Positions 39,480 through 49,615 are shown, numbered from the stretch's first letter. The stretch is DNA of 64,000 bases from a virus (IMGVR_UViG_3300049489_000321:1-64000), one strand, 5' to 3'. Numbers and translations are program-made. Notes: generated by a model not told the origin, from the sequence alone.

Positions 39480-40022
39480 TTGAAATACATAAACACAATA
39501 CTGTTGTCGGTATACCTTCTGTCTTGCCACAATAACAATGGATCTACTTTTGTTGGAAAAGACGACGTATTAAGGACGCCTGTTTTTGTTTATGTTAATG
39601 AAAAGTCAGATCAAGAATATTACGTAGAATCTGCTGTTAGCATGCTCCATACAGCAATTGGTTGTGAGATATTTATGGTGATTTCAGAAGACGCTTACGT
39701 AGCAGACGTATTTATTGAAAATCACAGAAACATTAAAGATGGCAAAAACACGCTACCTAAAGCAGACAACGGCAACTACAGGTTGGCAGATGTTTCTAAA
39801 CAAAAGAGATGGAGTAGAACTGTTTTCATAGTACGCATGTTTGCAGATTATAAAGATATTTTTCAAACTATGATTTATATACACGAATTACTTCACGTCT
39901 TAGGAGTAGACCACGACACCGTTCCTAGTGGTATAATGAATGCTGTTATAGACAAGAACCACGATCAACTGTCTAATGAGCTAATAGCTGATCTACACAA
40001 CTCATATTGTCAAGCTCAATAA
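39480..40022 (+). CDS. Matrixin-like metalloprotease, putative lipoprotein
   Basis: LLSC lipobox; HELLHVLGVDH...IM Met-turn. Confidence 0.8.
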   Translation: MKYINTILLSVYLLSCHNNNGSTFVGKDDVLRTPVFVYVNEKSDQEYYVESAVSMLHTAIGCEIFMVISEDAYVADVFIENHRNIKDGKNTLPKADNGNYRLADVSKQKRWSRTVFIVRMFADYKDIFQTMIYIHELLHVLGVDHDTVPSGIMNAVIDKNHDQLSNELIADLHNSYCQAQ

Positions 40023-40048
40023 TATTGAATGCTTAGATGCAAATTCAC

Positions 40049-40077
40049 TTGCATAATTCAAAAGTAATATATACAAT
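40049..40077 (+). promoter_or_regulatory. Sigma70-type promoter
   Basis: TTGCAT-N17-TACAAT. Confidence 0.55.
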
Positions 40078-40482
40078 AATATTGAGGTGACAGTAATGAG
40101 CACGGAGAATACATTGCGAATTTAACACCAGCGTAACCGATGTTACTAAGGAGTTCGCAATGGCGATTAAAAAGTATAGAGTGAGAGTAAAAGTAGAATT
40201 TACGTTAGATATACCTGTAACTGCGTCTAACGAAGACGACGCAATAGAAGAATTCGAAAAAGTAATACATAAACACGATAACTACGAAATAGTAAACAGA
40301 GCTATTAAAAAAGAGATGGAAATTGTTGATATTAACGAAGCATATGAATAGTGAAAACGACAACCAAGAAGCTATAGAGAACTTACTAAGAGCTGCTAAA
40401 ACAGTTGTCAACCAGCACTGTGGATGGTATAAAGAAACGTGTCAGTGCTCTCTATGCGCGCTGCAACGGTGTGTAACAGAAT

Positions 40483-40821
40483 ATGAGACTAAAACTGTAC
40501 GAAGTAACGTCTAACGAGACGTGGTGGGTAGCTAGTTTTGACGAACTAGGTGTAACGAGCTTAATTAGAGAAGAGATGGAGTCGCGAGATTACGCGGACG
40601 ACGAAATTGACAATATGTTGAGTGAATTTGATATAAATGAACTTACGAAGTACGAGGCTGAGTCTATCGGTGTTTCCACTAGATTCGACGGAGACGTGCG
40701 GTCACTTTGGAGTCTCTATGTATCCAATAAACGTGAATGTGTTTTAGGAACATCCGTTGATCAAGAATCTGTAGATCTTGAAGGAGTCGAAGAACTAAAC
40801 TTCGACTCAGATGACTATTAA
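40483..40821 (+). CDS. Acidic hypothetical protein
   Basis: Operon packing. Confidence 0.7.
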   Translation: MRLKLYEVTSNETWWVASFDELGVTSLIREEMESRDYADDEIDNMLSEFDINELTKYEAESIGVSTRFDGDVRSLWSLYVSNKRECVLGTSVDQESVDLEGVEELNFDSDDY

Positions 40822-41131
40822 TATGGACCATTTTCGCCAACCTCTGCGATACAACATTACAGTGCAGTGGTCTGATCGTCACAATGGATACATTTGTTTT
40901 GTTAATTCTTTAATAAAAAGCGCTAAGATGTTCGCTCCTGACATGAACATGATCGGAGTTGGAACGTCTCCTGAACAGGCCATTACAGATGGCTTACACA
41001 AATCTTATACATTTCTCTCGTTCCTTCAGTCGTTAGCAATCCTGCCTCCTGCTGAAGAAATAACCCCAGTTAGTGAGTTTGAAGAACGAGAACTAACTGT
41101 ACAACAAAAGACAAGTTGTGGAAATTATTGA
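40811..41131 (+). CDS. HicB-like antitoxin N-terminal domain protein
   Basis: YNITVQWSDRHNGYICFV...GVGTSPEQAI. Confidence 0.6.
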   Translation: MTINMDHFRQPLRYNITVQWSDRHNGYICFVNSLIKSAKMFAPDMNMIGVGTSPEQAITDGLHKSYTFLSFLQSLAILPPAEEITPVSEFEERELTVQQKTSCGNY

Positions 41132-41316
41132 TTATAGTGTACTTTCGGATGAAAGCGCCAAACAAGTCTTCAGAAACGCTAAACCTTGCGCCATTTGCGG
41201 CAGCAAAGATAATCTAGCTATAAGTATTGTTACAACAGGAGTAGCCGCTGGTCGGTTGCTTCTGCATTGCTTTCATTGTCAATTCGACCCAACTGAAGAT
41301 TCTGTAAAGGAATAGC

Positions 41317-41889
41317 ATGCGTAAATTAGAAATTCTCTGTGACTTAGATTCAGTAGTCGCAGATCTAATGACGGATTGGCTGTTTCTATATAACCAGGAA
41401 TACGCAGACAATCTTACTGTAGATAGAATTACAGAGTGGGACACTCATCTTTTCACCAAGGAAGCTTGTGGAGAGCGTATATACTCTTACCTTACGGCAG
41501 ACTTGTTTTCACGACTCAACCCACTTCCAGGCGCCGTAGAGGCTGTAACAACTATTGCTGACAAGCACACCGTGCATTTTATTACGGCGGCACCAGTAGG
41601 CACGGCTGACGCCAAAGTTGCTTGGGTAGAGAAGTATTTTCCTCACCTTAAGCACAATGTGTTCACAGGCAAGCACAAGTGGAAACTACGTGGTGATGTT
41701 TTAATCGATGATTACGATGAAAACATACTAAACTATAAGTTCTACAACCCAAATGCTAAAACAATTCTAATGGGTTATCCGTATAATGAAAAAAGCCACC
41801 AACACGAATCCGTAGATTTTGTGGTTGATGGCTCTAAACCCAAAGAAGCTTGGTCTGATATTATTTCTTATATCAGTTGGCTAGAGTAG
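41317..41889 (+). CDS. 5'(3')-deoxyribonucleotidase (NT5C, HAD family)
   Basis: CDLDSVVAD, PLPGAVEA, K..WV.KYFP, GDVLIDD. Confidence 0.92.
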   Translation: MRKLEILCDLDSVVADLMTDWLFLYNQEYADNLTVDRITEWDTHLFTKEACGERIYSYLTADLFSRLNPLPGAVEAVTTIADKHTVHFITAAPVGTADAKVAWVEKYFPHLKHNVFTGKHKWKLRGDVLIDDYDENILNYKFYNPNAKTILMGYPYNEKSHQHESVDFVVDGSKPKEAWSDIISYISWLE

Positions 41890-42273
41890 TTATTTACGGC
41901 TTCCATTACAATCGTAAGCCTTGCAACCATCGTTTTCGGTGCATTGGTGCTTGTTTGCAGTGCTAGTATCATTAGTACTAACTGAGATAGTACCGATAGT
42001 TGTGTCTGTGGTGGTTGGATACGTTAACGTCCAGCCCGCCTTACCGTCACACGAGCACTGATCCGTGTGTGGAGCGTTCATTTTGTCGCAACGAGGACAA
42101 AGCCATGCTTGCTTATCTGTAGTAAATTTAGGCCAATACTGTGGTGGTGTGTAGAATTTATAGTAATCTACTGGAGTGTGGTACGGGCACCTTTGTGGGA
42201 AGTCGCTTACTTGATTACATGGGCACACTAAATGTTGCACTTGTGGATAAAAGTTAGTTCCGTCACCAGTCAT
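41890..42273 (-). CDS. Cys-rich hypothetical protein
   Basis: WLCPRC..MNAP...QC.C. Confidence 0.7.
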   Translation of the reverse strand: MTGDGTNFYPQVQHLVCPCNQVSDFPQRCPYHTPVDYYKFYTPPQYWPKFTTDKQAWLCPRCDKMNAPHTDQCSCDGKAGWTLTYPTTTDTTIGTISVSTNDTSTANKHQCTENDGCKAYDCNGSRK

Positions 42274-42274
42274 A

Positions 42275-42655
42275 TTAACCTCTTACTGAGTGCGTAGTGG
42301 TTTTATTACGCGCACCGTGACAAATTAGTTTAAAATCATTTGAATACAAAACTGTTTGTCCAAAAGGCACTTGTATGTTTGCACATTCTTTGTGTAATTC
42401 AACAAACTCCTCTTTAACTGTTATTAGGCTTTTATGACCAGCTGGATTGCACACTGTTGTGAGCAAGTTGAACAACACAAACATACTGTTACCGCAGCAG
42501 TGACAACACAACTCCAGAACGCCATCGTCTCCTAACATAACACCGTAATCAGTAACAATACTGTGTACATGTACATGCGGGTGCTTGGTAAAATACATAA
42601 CGCTAGAATTAGGTCTAGCCGTTAGTGCCGTACTAGAATTATCAAATACTTCCAT
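42275..42655 (-). CDS. Hypothetical protein
   Basis: Coupled to endolysin gene. Confidence 0.65.
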   Translation of the reverse strand: MEVFDNSSTALTARPNSSVMYFTKHPHVHVHSIVTDYGVMLGDDGVLELCCHCCGNSMFVLFNLLTTVCNPAGHKSLITVKEEFVELHKECANIQVPFGQTVLYSNDFKLICHGARNKTTTHSVRG

Positions 42656-43338
42656 TATACTAGATCTTTCTCTGCGGCAACCAGTGCTAATGTTCTCTTT
42701 GTAACGTCGTCGGCTATCCCACTGTCAGCCAAATTCCAAGCTCGTTGGAAAGCTCCAATGGCAGCTTTTGATATTGGTCCTAGTTTGCCATCTATACTAC
42801 CATTATACAACTTTAGCCTAGCCAACTCTTCTTGAATTGTAAAACTATTTTGTTTAAAGTCTTTTTCGTATAATTCTAGTATTTTATACTCTATATATCC
42901 TGCGGTTGTTTTGACTTTAGTACTAATCTCTATTCCTATGCCTAAATGGTTGTAGTGCCAGTTTTCGGATTCCATCTTGTGATCTCGACGGTGGCAATAC
43001 CAAAATCTATCTTCCATCCAAGTATCTAATTCTTGTTTATTCTTCATTCCAAGATTTAACATTGTCTTTTTAACATCTATATCTATAGATAATCCAAAAT
43101 TATGACCACTGTACCCAGGCGGCTTGGCACCTCTACCGGATTTAACCGCCGCTAAAGAGGATTCTGGGGTTCTGAAGATGTCGCTGACTGTGGCTATGGG
43201 TGCTATGTGTGTTAAAAACGAATCTGCTACGGTTGGATGAAGATAAAGTGATCTTTCAGGCATCCTTCCCTTCACTCCGTTTATTGTATAAGACCCCTTA
43301 ACGCTATTTGTATCTAATTTGACAAGTTTTAATTTCAT
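42655..43338 (-). CDS. Endolysin: M15 peptidase plus C-terminal peptidoglycan-binding domain
   Basis: FRT, SGHNFGLSID, ENWH; DGKLGPISKAAIGAFQ...SGIAD..T. Confidence 0.88.
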   Translation of the reverse strand: MKLKLVKLDTNSVKGSYTINGVKGRMPERSLYLHPTVADSFLTHIAPIATVSDIFRTPESSLAAVKSGRGAKPPGYSGHNFGLSIDIDVKKTMLNLGMKNKQELDTWMEDRFWYCHRRDHKMESENWHYNHLGIGIEISTKVKTTAGYIEYKILELYEKDFKQNSFTIQEELARLKLYNGSIDGKLGPISKAAIGAFQRAWNLADSGIADDVTKRTLALVAAEKDLV

Positions 43339-43841
43339 TATTCAATTCCTAGCCATTTATCCCATAAATCAGAATATTTCTGATTAATAATCATTCTAAA
43401 ATAAGTAGGTACATACGTTTTTGTTATCAAACGCATGCCAGCTTCCTCTGGGGTTCTATTGCCCTTTTTTTGGTTACAAGATTTGCACGCAGTTACTATG
43501 TTTAGCCAGTCGTTTCCCTTGCCACCACGACTTTTTGGATAAACATGATCAAACGTAACGTCTTTTGGCTGCAATTTCTTTGTACAATAGCAACACTGGC
43601 TGTTGTCCCTAGTACACACCGCGTTTCTAGTAAACTTTGCTGTTCTTCGCTTTTTTTCGAAATAACTACGAAGGCGTATAACAGCTGGAATGTTCATCTC
43701 AATACTAGGACTTCTAGCTACTTCTTCATATTCTTCTAGAAGATCGGCTTTTTCTTTTAATAACAAGACCAATGCTTTTTGCCAACTAATCGAACAAACA
43801 GCTACGTAAGAACTATCAAGAAGCAGGGTCTTGTTATTCAT
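43338..43841 (-). CDS. HNH endonuclease (McrA/HNH_5-like)
   Basis: PAVIRL, RD..CCYC, TFDHVYPKSRGG, NIVTACKSCN.KKG.RTPEEAGM. Confidence 0.93.
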   Translation of the reverse strand: MNNKTLLLDSSYVAVCSISWQKALVLLLKEKADLLEEYEEVARSPSIEMNIPAVIRLRSYFEKKRRTAKFTRNAVCTRDNSQCCYCTKKLQPKDVTFDHVYPKSRGGKGNDWLNIVTACKSCNQKKGNRTPEEAGMRLITKTYVPTYFRMIINQKYSDLWDKWLGIE

Positions 43842-43844
43842 GGG

Positions 43845-44501
43845 TTATTCTAGAAAAGTGTTAATAGATTCCGCGTTAGCGATAAAAAACTGTCCAGTCA
43901 CTGGGGAAGGAAGACCAAACGGACTGCTCTCAGCGTACATGAAGATCATGATACCTACAAGCGCATTATCGTCGTCAACACACATTCCGCCTGACGAACC
44001 GAAGTACATATCCGCAGTGATTCTGTCTACGTCTTTAAACTTAGTAGCAATAGTACCTTTTGTCACACTTAAGTGAACTTCTCCGTCGTGTCTTTGATGA
44101 GGATATCCGACACACGTTACGTTTTCACCCACAAAGCTGTCAAAAGCTACCGGAGTAACAGGACCAGGGTTTCCTTCTACTTCAAGTAGTAGCAGATCAA
44201 AATCGACGCTTTTTCTTACTACTTTGGCTGGAAATTCTAGCTGATTTACGTTAACTACACTGATTTTACAGTTACCGCCTTCATCCATATGCGCAGCAGT
44301 TAGAACAGCGCTTTTTTTATTACTTAAATCACTGGAAATGATCACGCCGCTTCCTGATCCGGAACCATCGTCGCAATCTACCTTAACCTTAACAGCAGTG
44401 CTTGTTAGTAGTTCAATACGCCCTCGCTGCTCAGGCTTCTCTGGAACGGTGGCAATTACACAACTTGATAACAGTAAACAGACTAATGCCGCAAATTTCA
44501 T
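43845..44501 (-). CDS. Trypsin-like serine protease, putative lipoprotein
   Basis: LSSC lipobox; GSGVII, LTAAH, DLLLL, GSSGG. Confidence 0.9.
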   Translation of the reverse strand: MKFAALVCLLLSSCVIATVPEKPEQRGRIELLTSTAVKVKVDCDDGSGSGSGVIISSDLSNKKSAVLTAAHMDEGGNCKISVVNVNQLEFPAKVVRKSVDFDLLLLEVEGNPGPVTPVAFDSFVGENVTCVGYPHQRHDGEVHLSVTKGTIATKFKDVDRITADMYFGSSGGMCVDDDNALVGIMIFMYAESSPFGLPSPVTGQFFIANAESINTFLE

Positions 44502-44514
44502 ATACCTACTCCTA

Positions 44515-44748
44515 TTAGTTGAATATTGAAACAGATAGCATGGTTCCAATAAACAGTCCCAACAGGTAAGGGAATATCATTTTTCTATTATCAAATATAG
44601 CGGTATAGCCGATGATTGAAGGTAAAGCTATACCCAAAGAAGTGATACCAGACAAAAGTATCTCGTCGTTTTGTACACTTTTTATCCACGCGACATAAAA
44701 AAAGTCGATTACAAATCCGCACAAGAACTGTCTTGCATACCGGGTCAC
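44515..44748 (-). CDS. Small multi-TM membrane protein
   Basis: Three hydrophobic segments. Confidence 0.65.
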   Translation of the reverse strand: MTRYARQFLCGFVIDFFYVAWIKSVQNDEILLSGITSLGIALPSIIGYTAIFDNRKMIFPYLLGLFIGTMLSVSIFN

Positions 44749-45113
44749 TAGTTTATGAGTTTTTCCTTTTTAACTATTGAAGGAATTGAAGTATCTAGTC
44801 CAAAGTCATTGTCGTGACTTGAGTTGCGCTCCGCAAAATCAAAGTCAGGAAAATCAAGTTCCTGTCCGGTGTCGTCAGCGTGTTTTCTGCTTATTATTTC
44901 AGTAGCTTTTAATCCGTACACATCACCAACTTGTAGAATCGTATCAGTAACCCCGTCCAAATTTTGGACCAATTCAAGTACTCTAGAGTAGTCACCAGAC
45001 GCTATTATTTCATTGCCTTGTTTTGTTAAATCCACCGCATATTGGTGCAGTTCCGCTACTCTTTTAAACCACGAAACCAGTAGATCAGCTAACTCTTGGT
45101 CAAATTTATTCAT
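44748..45113 (-). CDS. Hypothetical protein
   Basis: Operon packing. Confidence 0.7.
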   Translation of the reverse strand: MNKFDQELADLLVSWFKRVAELHQYAVDLTKQGNEIIASGDYSRVLELVQNLDGVTDTILQVGDVYGLKATEIISRKHADDTGQELDFPDFDFAERNSSHDNDFGLDTSIPSIVKKEKLIN

Positions 45114-45121
45114 TATTTCCT

Positions 45122-45544
45122 TTAGTTACTAGGTATTTGTATTTTTACAAATATACTATCTTCTGGGTAGAAGATCCCTTCTAGTCTACTATTTACGTGT
45201 GCTTTCTGTCTATTAAGTTGTTTTTCTAGATCAGAAGTAGTACTTAGTGGAGCCATAACCTTGTATAACTCCTTAATATCAGTATATAACAAGTCTAGTT
45301 GATATACACTAGTTTTATACATATTTGTATCGATTGATACAATTAAACTTCTATTTGCATAATCGTTACTAACCACAGTCCCACAGAACCTATTGTTCAT
45401 GTATTTAGTTAGGTTTTTAGGTAAAGAAGATTTTGTTTGTCCTAGTTTTTTTAAAAATATCTTATTAACTTTTTTATACCTATTAAGCTGTACGACAACA
45501 TTATCGCCAGGTACTACGTTTCTTATATGAAAAAATAGTGTCAT
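45122..45544 (-). CDS. Hypothetical protein
   Basis: 140 aa ORF. Confidence 0.65.
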   Translation of the reverse strand: MTLFFHIRNVVPGDNVVVQLNRYKKVNKIFLKKLGQTKSSLPKNLTKYMNNRFCGTVVSNDYANRSLIVSIDTNMYKTSVYQLDLLYTDIKELYKVMAPLSTTSDLEKQLNRQKAHVNSRLEGIFYPEDSIFVKIQIPSN

Positions 45545-45587
45545 TTAACTTTTTAAATAACTTACAACAATGATACCACACAAGCAG

Positions 45588-46676
45588 CTAAATACGTATA
45601 AATTTCACTAAGTTCTGAAAACTCTTAATATCTACTGCACCTGCATACGTAATCGCGCTTCTTAACGCACCAGCGTAAGCATCTAATAGTTCTTCAACTG
45701 GCCCTGACGGCTCAAGTTTAATTGTTATACCTTCTGCAACGGTTCCTTTTTTAAGACCGCCCCGCCATTCGTTTTGAACAGCTAAGGAAGACATTCCAGA
45801 ATATATTCTTTTAGTTCTTAGACCGCACTCAGGGTCTACCCACCATTCTGCGGCGCTGTCTGTGCAAGCCGCAAAAATACTACCAGCCATGACTGCAGAA
45901 GCTCCTGCGCCTATGGCTTTACTAAAATCACCCGGTTCTCTAATTCCACCGTCGCTTATAATAGGCATTCCAAGTCGTTTAGCTTCCTCTTTAAACTTCA
46001 GTACAGCTGAAAACTGCTTTTCAGTAGCACCGGCAGTGTTTTTTGTGGAACAGGCAAGCCCTTGTCCTATACCGACTTTGACAGCATCAGCTACGCCGTC
46101 GTAATCATATAAAGCTTCTAAATTATTAACATTTCCTACAACAACTTTAACTTGTTCGGAATATGCTTTGTACGCAGCAGCGTCTTCGTAAACAGCATCT
46201 GACCAGCCGTGTGCAATATCGATAAACAAAATATTTACGCCTCGATCTATGAGGTTTCTACCAATTTTACGCTGCTCCGGTCCGACACCTACAGAAGCGG
46301 CAACCCACGGTGAATCACTCATTACCGACATTCTAGTAACTTCACGATAGTAGTCTTCTTCGTTAGCCCATGCGCGGTGCAATACCCCCATCGCACCTAA
46401 ACTTCGAATCTTCAGGGCGAATTCTGAGTCGATTACAGTGGACATGTTAGCAGCCATTAGAGGAATAGATAATTTAACTCCTCTAATGACTTCAGAACAT
46501 ATGTCGGCATCTAGACGACTTTTAAGTACATTCTTAGCTTGTGCGATGGCTACGTCTTCGAAACCAAGTGACTTATACAACAGTTTTGCGCTTGGATTTA
46601 CGCGCCACCCGCCATCTCCATCTGGAATAATTAAGTCAGATTTTTCTAATTCAATTAGTAAGTTATCTAGTTGCAT
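45588..46676 (-). CDS. IMP dehydrogenase / GMP reductase family (no CBS domain)
   Basis: PLMAANM, IDIAHG, KVGIGQGLACST, ISDGGI, VMAGS, LRSAITY.GA. Confidence 0.93.
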   Translation of the reverse strand: MQLDNLLIELEKSDLIIPDGDGGWRVNPSAKLLYKSLGFEDVAIAQAKNVLKSRLDADICSEVIRGVKLSIPLMAANMSTVIDSEFALKIRSLGAMGVLHRAWANEEDYYREVTRMSVMSDSPWVAASVGVGPEQRKIGRNLIDRGVNILFIDIAHGWSDAVYEDAAAYKAYSEQVKVVVGNVNNLEALYDYDGVADAVKVGIGQGLACSTKNTAGATEKQFSAVLKFKEEAKRLGMPIISDGGIREPGDFSKAIGAGASAVMAGSIFAACTDSAAEWWVDPECGLRTKRIYSGMSSLAVQNEWRGGLKKGTVAEGITIKLEPSGPVEELLDAYAGALRSAITYAGAVDIKSFQNLVKFIRI

Positions 46677-46901
46677 TTAACACTTTCTCAGCTTCTTTAT
46701 TTACAGGAGTTAATCGGTTTTTATGAATTACAATTTTTCTATTATTGAATAGTATCACACAATTATTTTTAGAGTCAGGACCAGAAACCAGATCACACTC
46801 TGTGTGTATTATCTCGGCGTTTACGCTGTTTATTAAACGACGTTTCACTAAGATAATAGCCTTTACTTTTGGTGTTACCGCCCCAAGATATTGTCCTCCT
46901 A

Positions 46902-47262
46902 TTAATTAGTTTTTGGTTTATAATTCAATATAGTTGGAGGTTGAAAATTAGTAGTTCTTAGTTTGTAATCTATCTCAGAGTCGATTGCGTTGTCGCAAAG
47001 TTCTCTAAGCTTAAGTATGCTGTCGTGATTAAGCAAAACCGTGTCCCAATGTCCGCCGTCATTGGTTTTTCGTCTAAACACATATTTTATAGCGTACCAA
47101 ATTCTTTTATACCACGGAAGCCATTGATTTAGTTGTACTTCCATCGCCAGTATTGGTTGATAACCTTCATAATTTTCTTGAAAAAAAAGCACCGTATGAG
47201 CAGGAGACAAACAACTACATGTAACTGCTACGAAATTGTTACCAGTTGGAGATTTGTTCATT
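46902..47262 (-). CDS. Hypothetical protein, paralog of 20208-20543
   Basis: Shared motifs; upstream TTGACT-N17-TATGCT promoter. Confidence 0.75.
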
Positions 47263-47311
47263 GCTACTAGCATATAACTTTGAAGCACTGCAGTCAACCA
47301 CAACGTAGGCG

Positions 47312-47333
47312 TAACTGTGTATGTATGTCTTAA
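47312..47333 (+). promoter_or_regulatory. Isolated copy of putative phage promoter upstream of primase operon
   Basis: TAACTGTGTATGTATGTCTTAA, ATG 25 nt after motif start. Confidence 0.65.
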
Positions 47334-47336
47334 TAC

Positions 47337-47648
47337 ATGGACCTTAACCCTCTGGTAGACTTTTACGATTTACAAAGTAAGAAACATCACAAAATTTGGA
47401 AATTTAGTAATAAATACGGCATATCAGCTGTAAAACAACCTCCTGGCGAAGATGTTCGCGGAACAGACGGAACCACTTGGTCTGTGGCTGTCATTAAATT
47501 TTTTGGACCAGAGATCGATCAATTCGAGGTAGACTATAATAACTCTCTTTGTCGAGAACAAGGTGACTTATTCACGTTCGTACCAGACGAGCAACTCGAC
47601 GCTATCGTACTACTTGCTTCTAGGATGGAATGTCAAGATTTCAGCTAG
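47337..47648 (+). CDS. Hypothetical phage protein
   Basis: FSNKYGISAV...WSVAVI. Confidence 0.75.
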   Translation: MDLNPLVDFYDLQSKKHHKIWKFSNKYGISAVKQPPGEDVRGTDGTTWSVAVIKFFGPEIDQFEVDYNNSLCREQGDLFTFVPDEQLDAIVLLASRMECQDFS

Positions 47649-48685
47649 CCATAGACAACCTCGATCTTCGAGATTGGATTGAGCAATACGCTACCACCCA
47701 GAGCATGGGTGGTAGTGAGTTTACGATTAAAGAATGTCCTAAGTGTTTAAACAATAAAAATAAACTTTATATCAACTCAAGTAAAAAGACATGGTTTTGC
47801 CAGAGGTGCGCTTGGGGTAAGGGCATCGGCGATATCACGATACTCATGGCAGAAGTGTCTGGGCGTAACCTGCACGACGTTAGAGTGGAGCTACTACAGA
47901 CCGTCGTACCTGCTACGTCTTCGGACGATTACCTGAACAGCCTAGGACGCGCTTTTGGCGAAGTTACGTCGTCAGACGACGACGACTTATTAAAAGACCT
48001 TATACTGCCTACAGAGCCTCCTGGTACACAGGACTGGGGATCGTTTGTAGGCAAGCAAGTACTCTCATATGCCAAAAAGCGTGGGCTAGATGAAGAATTG
48101 CTTAAATTTATCTCATGTAGAGTTGCCACGTCTTTGAATAACCGAACTGGACCGTTTTTGGTTTTTCCAGTTATTTTCAACGGAATGACAGTAAGCTGGC
48201 AAGGTCGTCGCATTAATTCAGGCAATCCAAAGTACATCAGTCACACCAACATCGGAGAATGGATATGGCCGTGTTCTAGTAACTACATTGAATCATTGAA
48301 AGAAAAAGGATCTACTGTTTTAGTAGAAGGCGTTTTTGACGCACTAGGCTGTATTTCAGCTGGCGTTGCGGCACAGTGTACATTTGGTAAAAATATTACA
48401 AACAAACAATTGAAATTACTAGTAAGTCAGGGGATTAAAACTGTATACTTAGGATGGGATCCCGGTACTTACCAAGATATCGTGAAAGCAGTAGACATGC
48501 TTTCTCCTATGTTTGACGTAAAAATACTTAACATAGAGCCTGTAGGTGATTCTGATAAAACCGACCCTGGTGACGTACTGACAGATAGATCACTTATACC
48601 GTGGATTACAGACGCCTATGAAAATGCTATGGACGCACACTCACCAGCCTATAACAAGTGGAGATTAACTAAGGAATTTAAATGA
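47630..48685 (+). CDS. DNA primase (zinc ribbon + TOPRIM)
   Basis: CPKC...CQRC; WQGR; LVEGVFDAL; FGK; WD; DPGD. Confidence 0.9.
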   Translation: MSRFQLAIDNLDLRDWIEQYATTQSMGGSEFTIKECPKCLNNKNKLYINSSKKTWFCQRCAWGKGIGDITILMAEVSGRNLHDVRVELLQTVVPATSSDDYLNSLGRAFGEVTSSDDDDLLKDLILPTEPPGTQDWGSFVGKQVLSYAKKRGLDEELLKFISCRVATSLNNRTGPFLVFPVIFNGMTVSWQGRRINSGNPKYISHTNIGEWIWPCSSNYIESLKEKGSTVLVEGVFDALGCISAGVAAQCTFGKNITNKQLKLLVSQGIKTVYLGWDPGTYQDIVKAVDMLSPMFDVKILNIEPVGDSDKTDPGDVLTDRSLIPWITDAYENAMDAHSPAYNKWRLTKEFK

Positions 48686-48942
48686 TTTACGTTGTATTTT
48701 ACGCTTATGACAATAGCCACGCACCTTCTGAAGTAGACCTAGATAAGTACACAAAGGTTGGAACGGTAAAGGCAGGTAGTCTTAGCGAGGCCATGCGCAA
48801 GTGGAGAGAAGGAAACTACATCCGTTGTCTAGGCGAACATCGCCCTCTTTTGACGGGCGATTTAGTCAGAGATCAGAACGATAAGTACTTTATCGTATCT
48901 CCGCTTTTTCAGTTTGCTAGCGTAACCCTTACTTCAAGGTAA
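48682..48942 (+). CDS. YodL-like small protein
   Basis: Y.KV..V...SL....HRPL..GDLV....YFIV. Confidence 0.45.
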   Translation: MIYVVFYAYDNSHAPSEVDLDKYTKVGTVKAGSLSEAMRKWREGNYIRCLGEHRPLLTGDLVRDQNDKYFIVSPLFQFASVTLTSR

Positions 48943-49089
48943 TTTGTATATAACTATAAGTATTTGAATTCTTTTGTAGGAAATTATTTACTTGACAAGA
49001 TCCAGTGGACCCCCCTTATAATCCCCCCGGGAGGCAGGTTGGTCAGACCAAAATAAAACACGTTGAATTCACCAATTGATGATTTAAAC

Positions 49090-49229
49090 GCGGCAACGTA
49101 GTTGCCGCATTCCTCCGAAGGAGTTAGCGTTAATTCAATGGATTTAAGCATAGGTCTATATTGAATCTGAGTACCTTATCGCTTATTGACGCCGCCTGCG
49201 GCGGCGAATACCCACCTTCGGTGGGTATT
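49090..49229. other. Cluster of four C-GNA-G triloop hairpins (candidate origin/priming site)
   Basis: GCGGCAAC-GTA-GTTGCCGC, CTCC-GAA-GGAG, CGCCGCC-TGC-GGCGGCG, AATACCCACC-TTC-GGTGGGTATT. Confidence 0.6.
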
Positions 49230-49324
49230 TTTTATTTACTTTTATATAATAAAAATCATTATTATTAAGTATTTACATATTTTCATCGTTGTAATGTGTA
49301 AAAAACTGTTGTATCTTTAGCTCC

Positions 49325-49573
49325 ATGAAACCTAGCAAAGACATAAGTAAACCGGCTAGGACTGCTAAATCAATTATAGAACGGTACGGTTTTGACCGTT
49401 TTATGTACCTTTTGAGGGGTTTTGAAAAAGGAGTCTCTACAAAGGACATTTGTAAAACACTAGGCGTTCAACCAACTACTGTTGCGTACTGGAAAAAACA
49501 ACTAGGTAAAAGCGTAACACTTTATATAATAGATCCTGGTGTGGTGTCTGTTATAAACAAGGAATTAAAGTAA
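49325..49573 (+). CDS. HTH DNA-binding protein
   Basis: GVSTKDICKTLGVQPTTVAYWKK. Confidence 0.75.
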   Translation: MKPSKDISKPARTAKSIIERYGFDRFMYLLRGFEKGVSTKDICKTLGVQPTTVAYWKKQLGKSVTLYIIDPGVVSVINKELK

Positions 49574-49615
49574 ATTATTGACTTTTTTGGCAATTAGTGT
49601 GACAATTTATCGAGC

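Noticed and set aside
44515-44748. Holin call
   Set aside because: Multi-TM and near the endolysin, but no specific supporting motif
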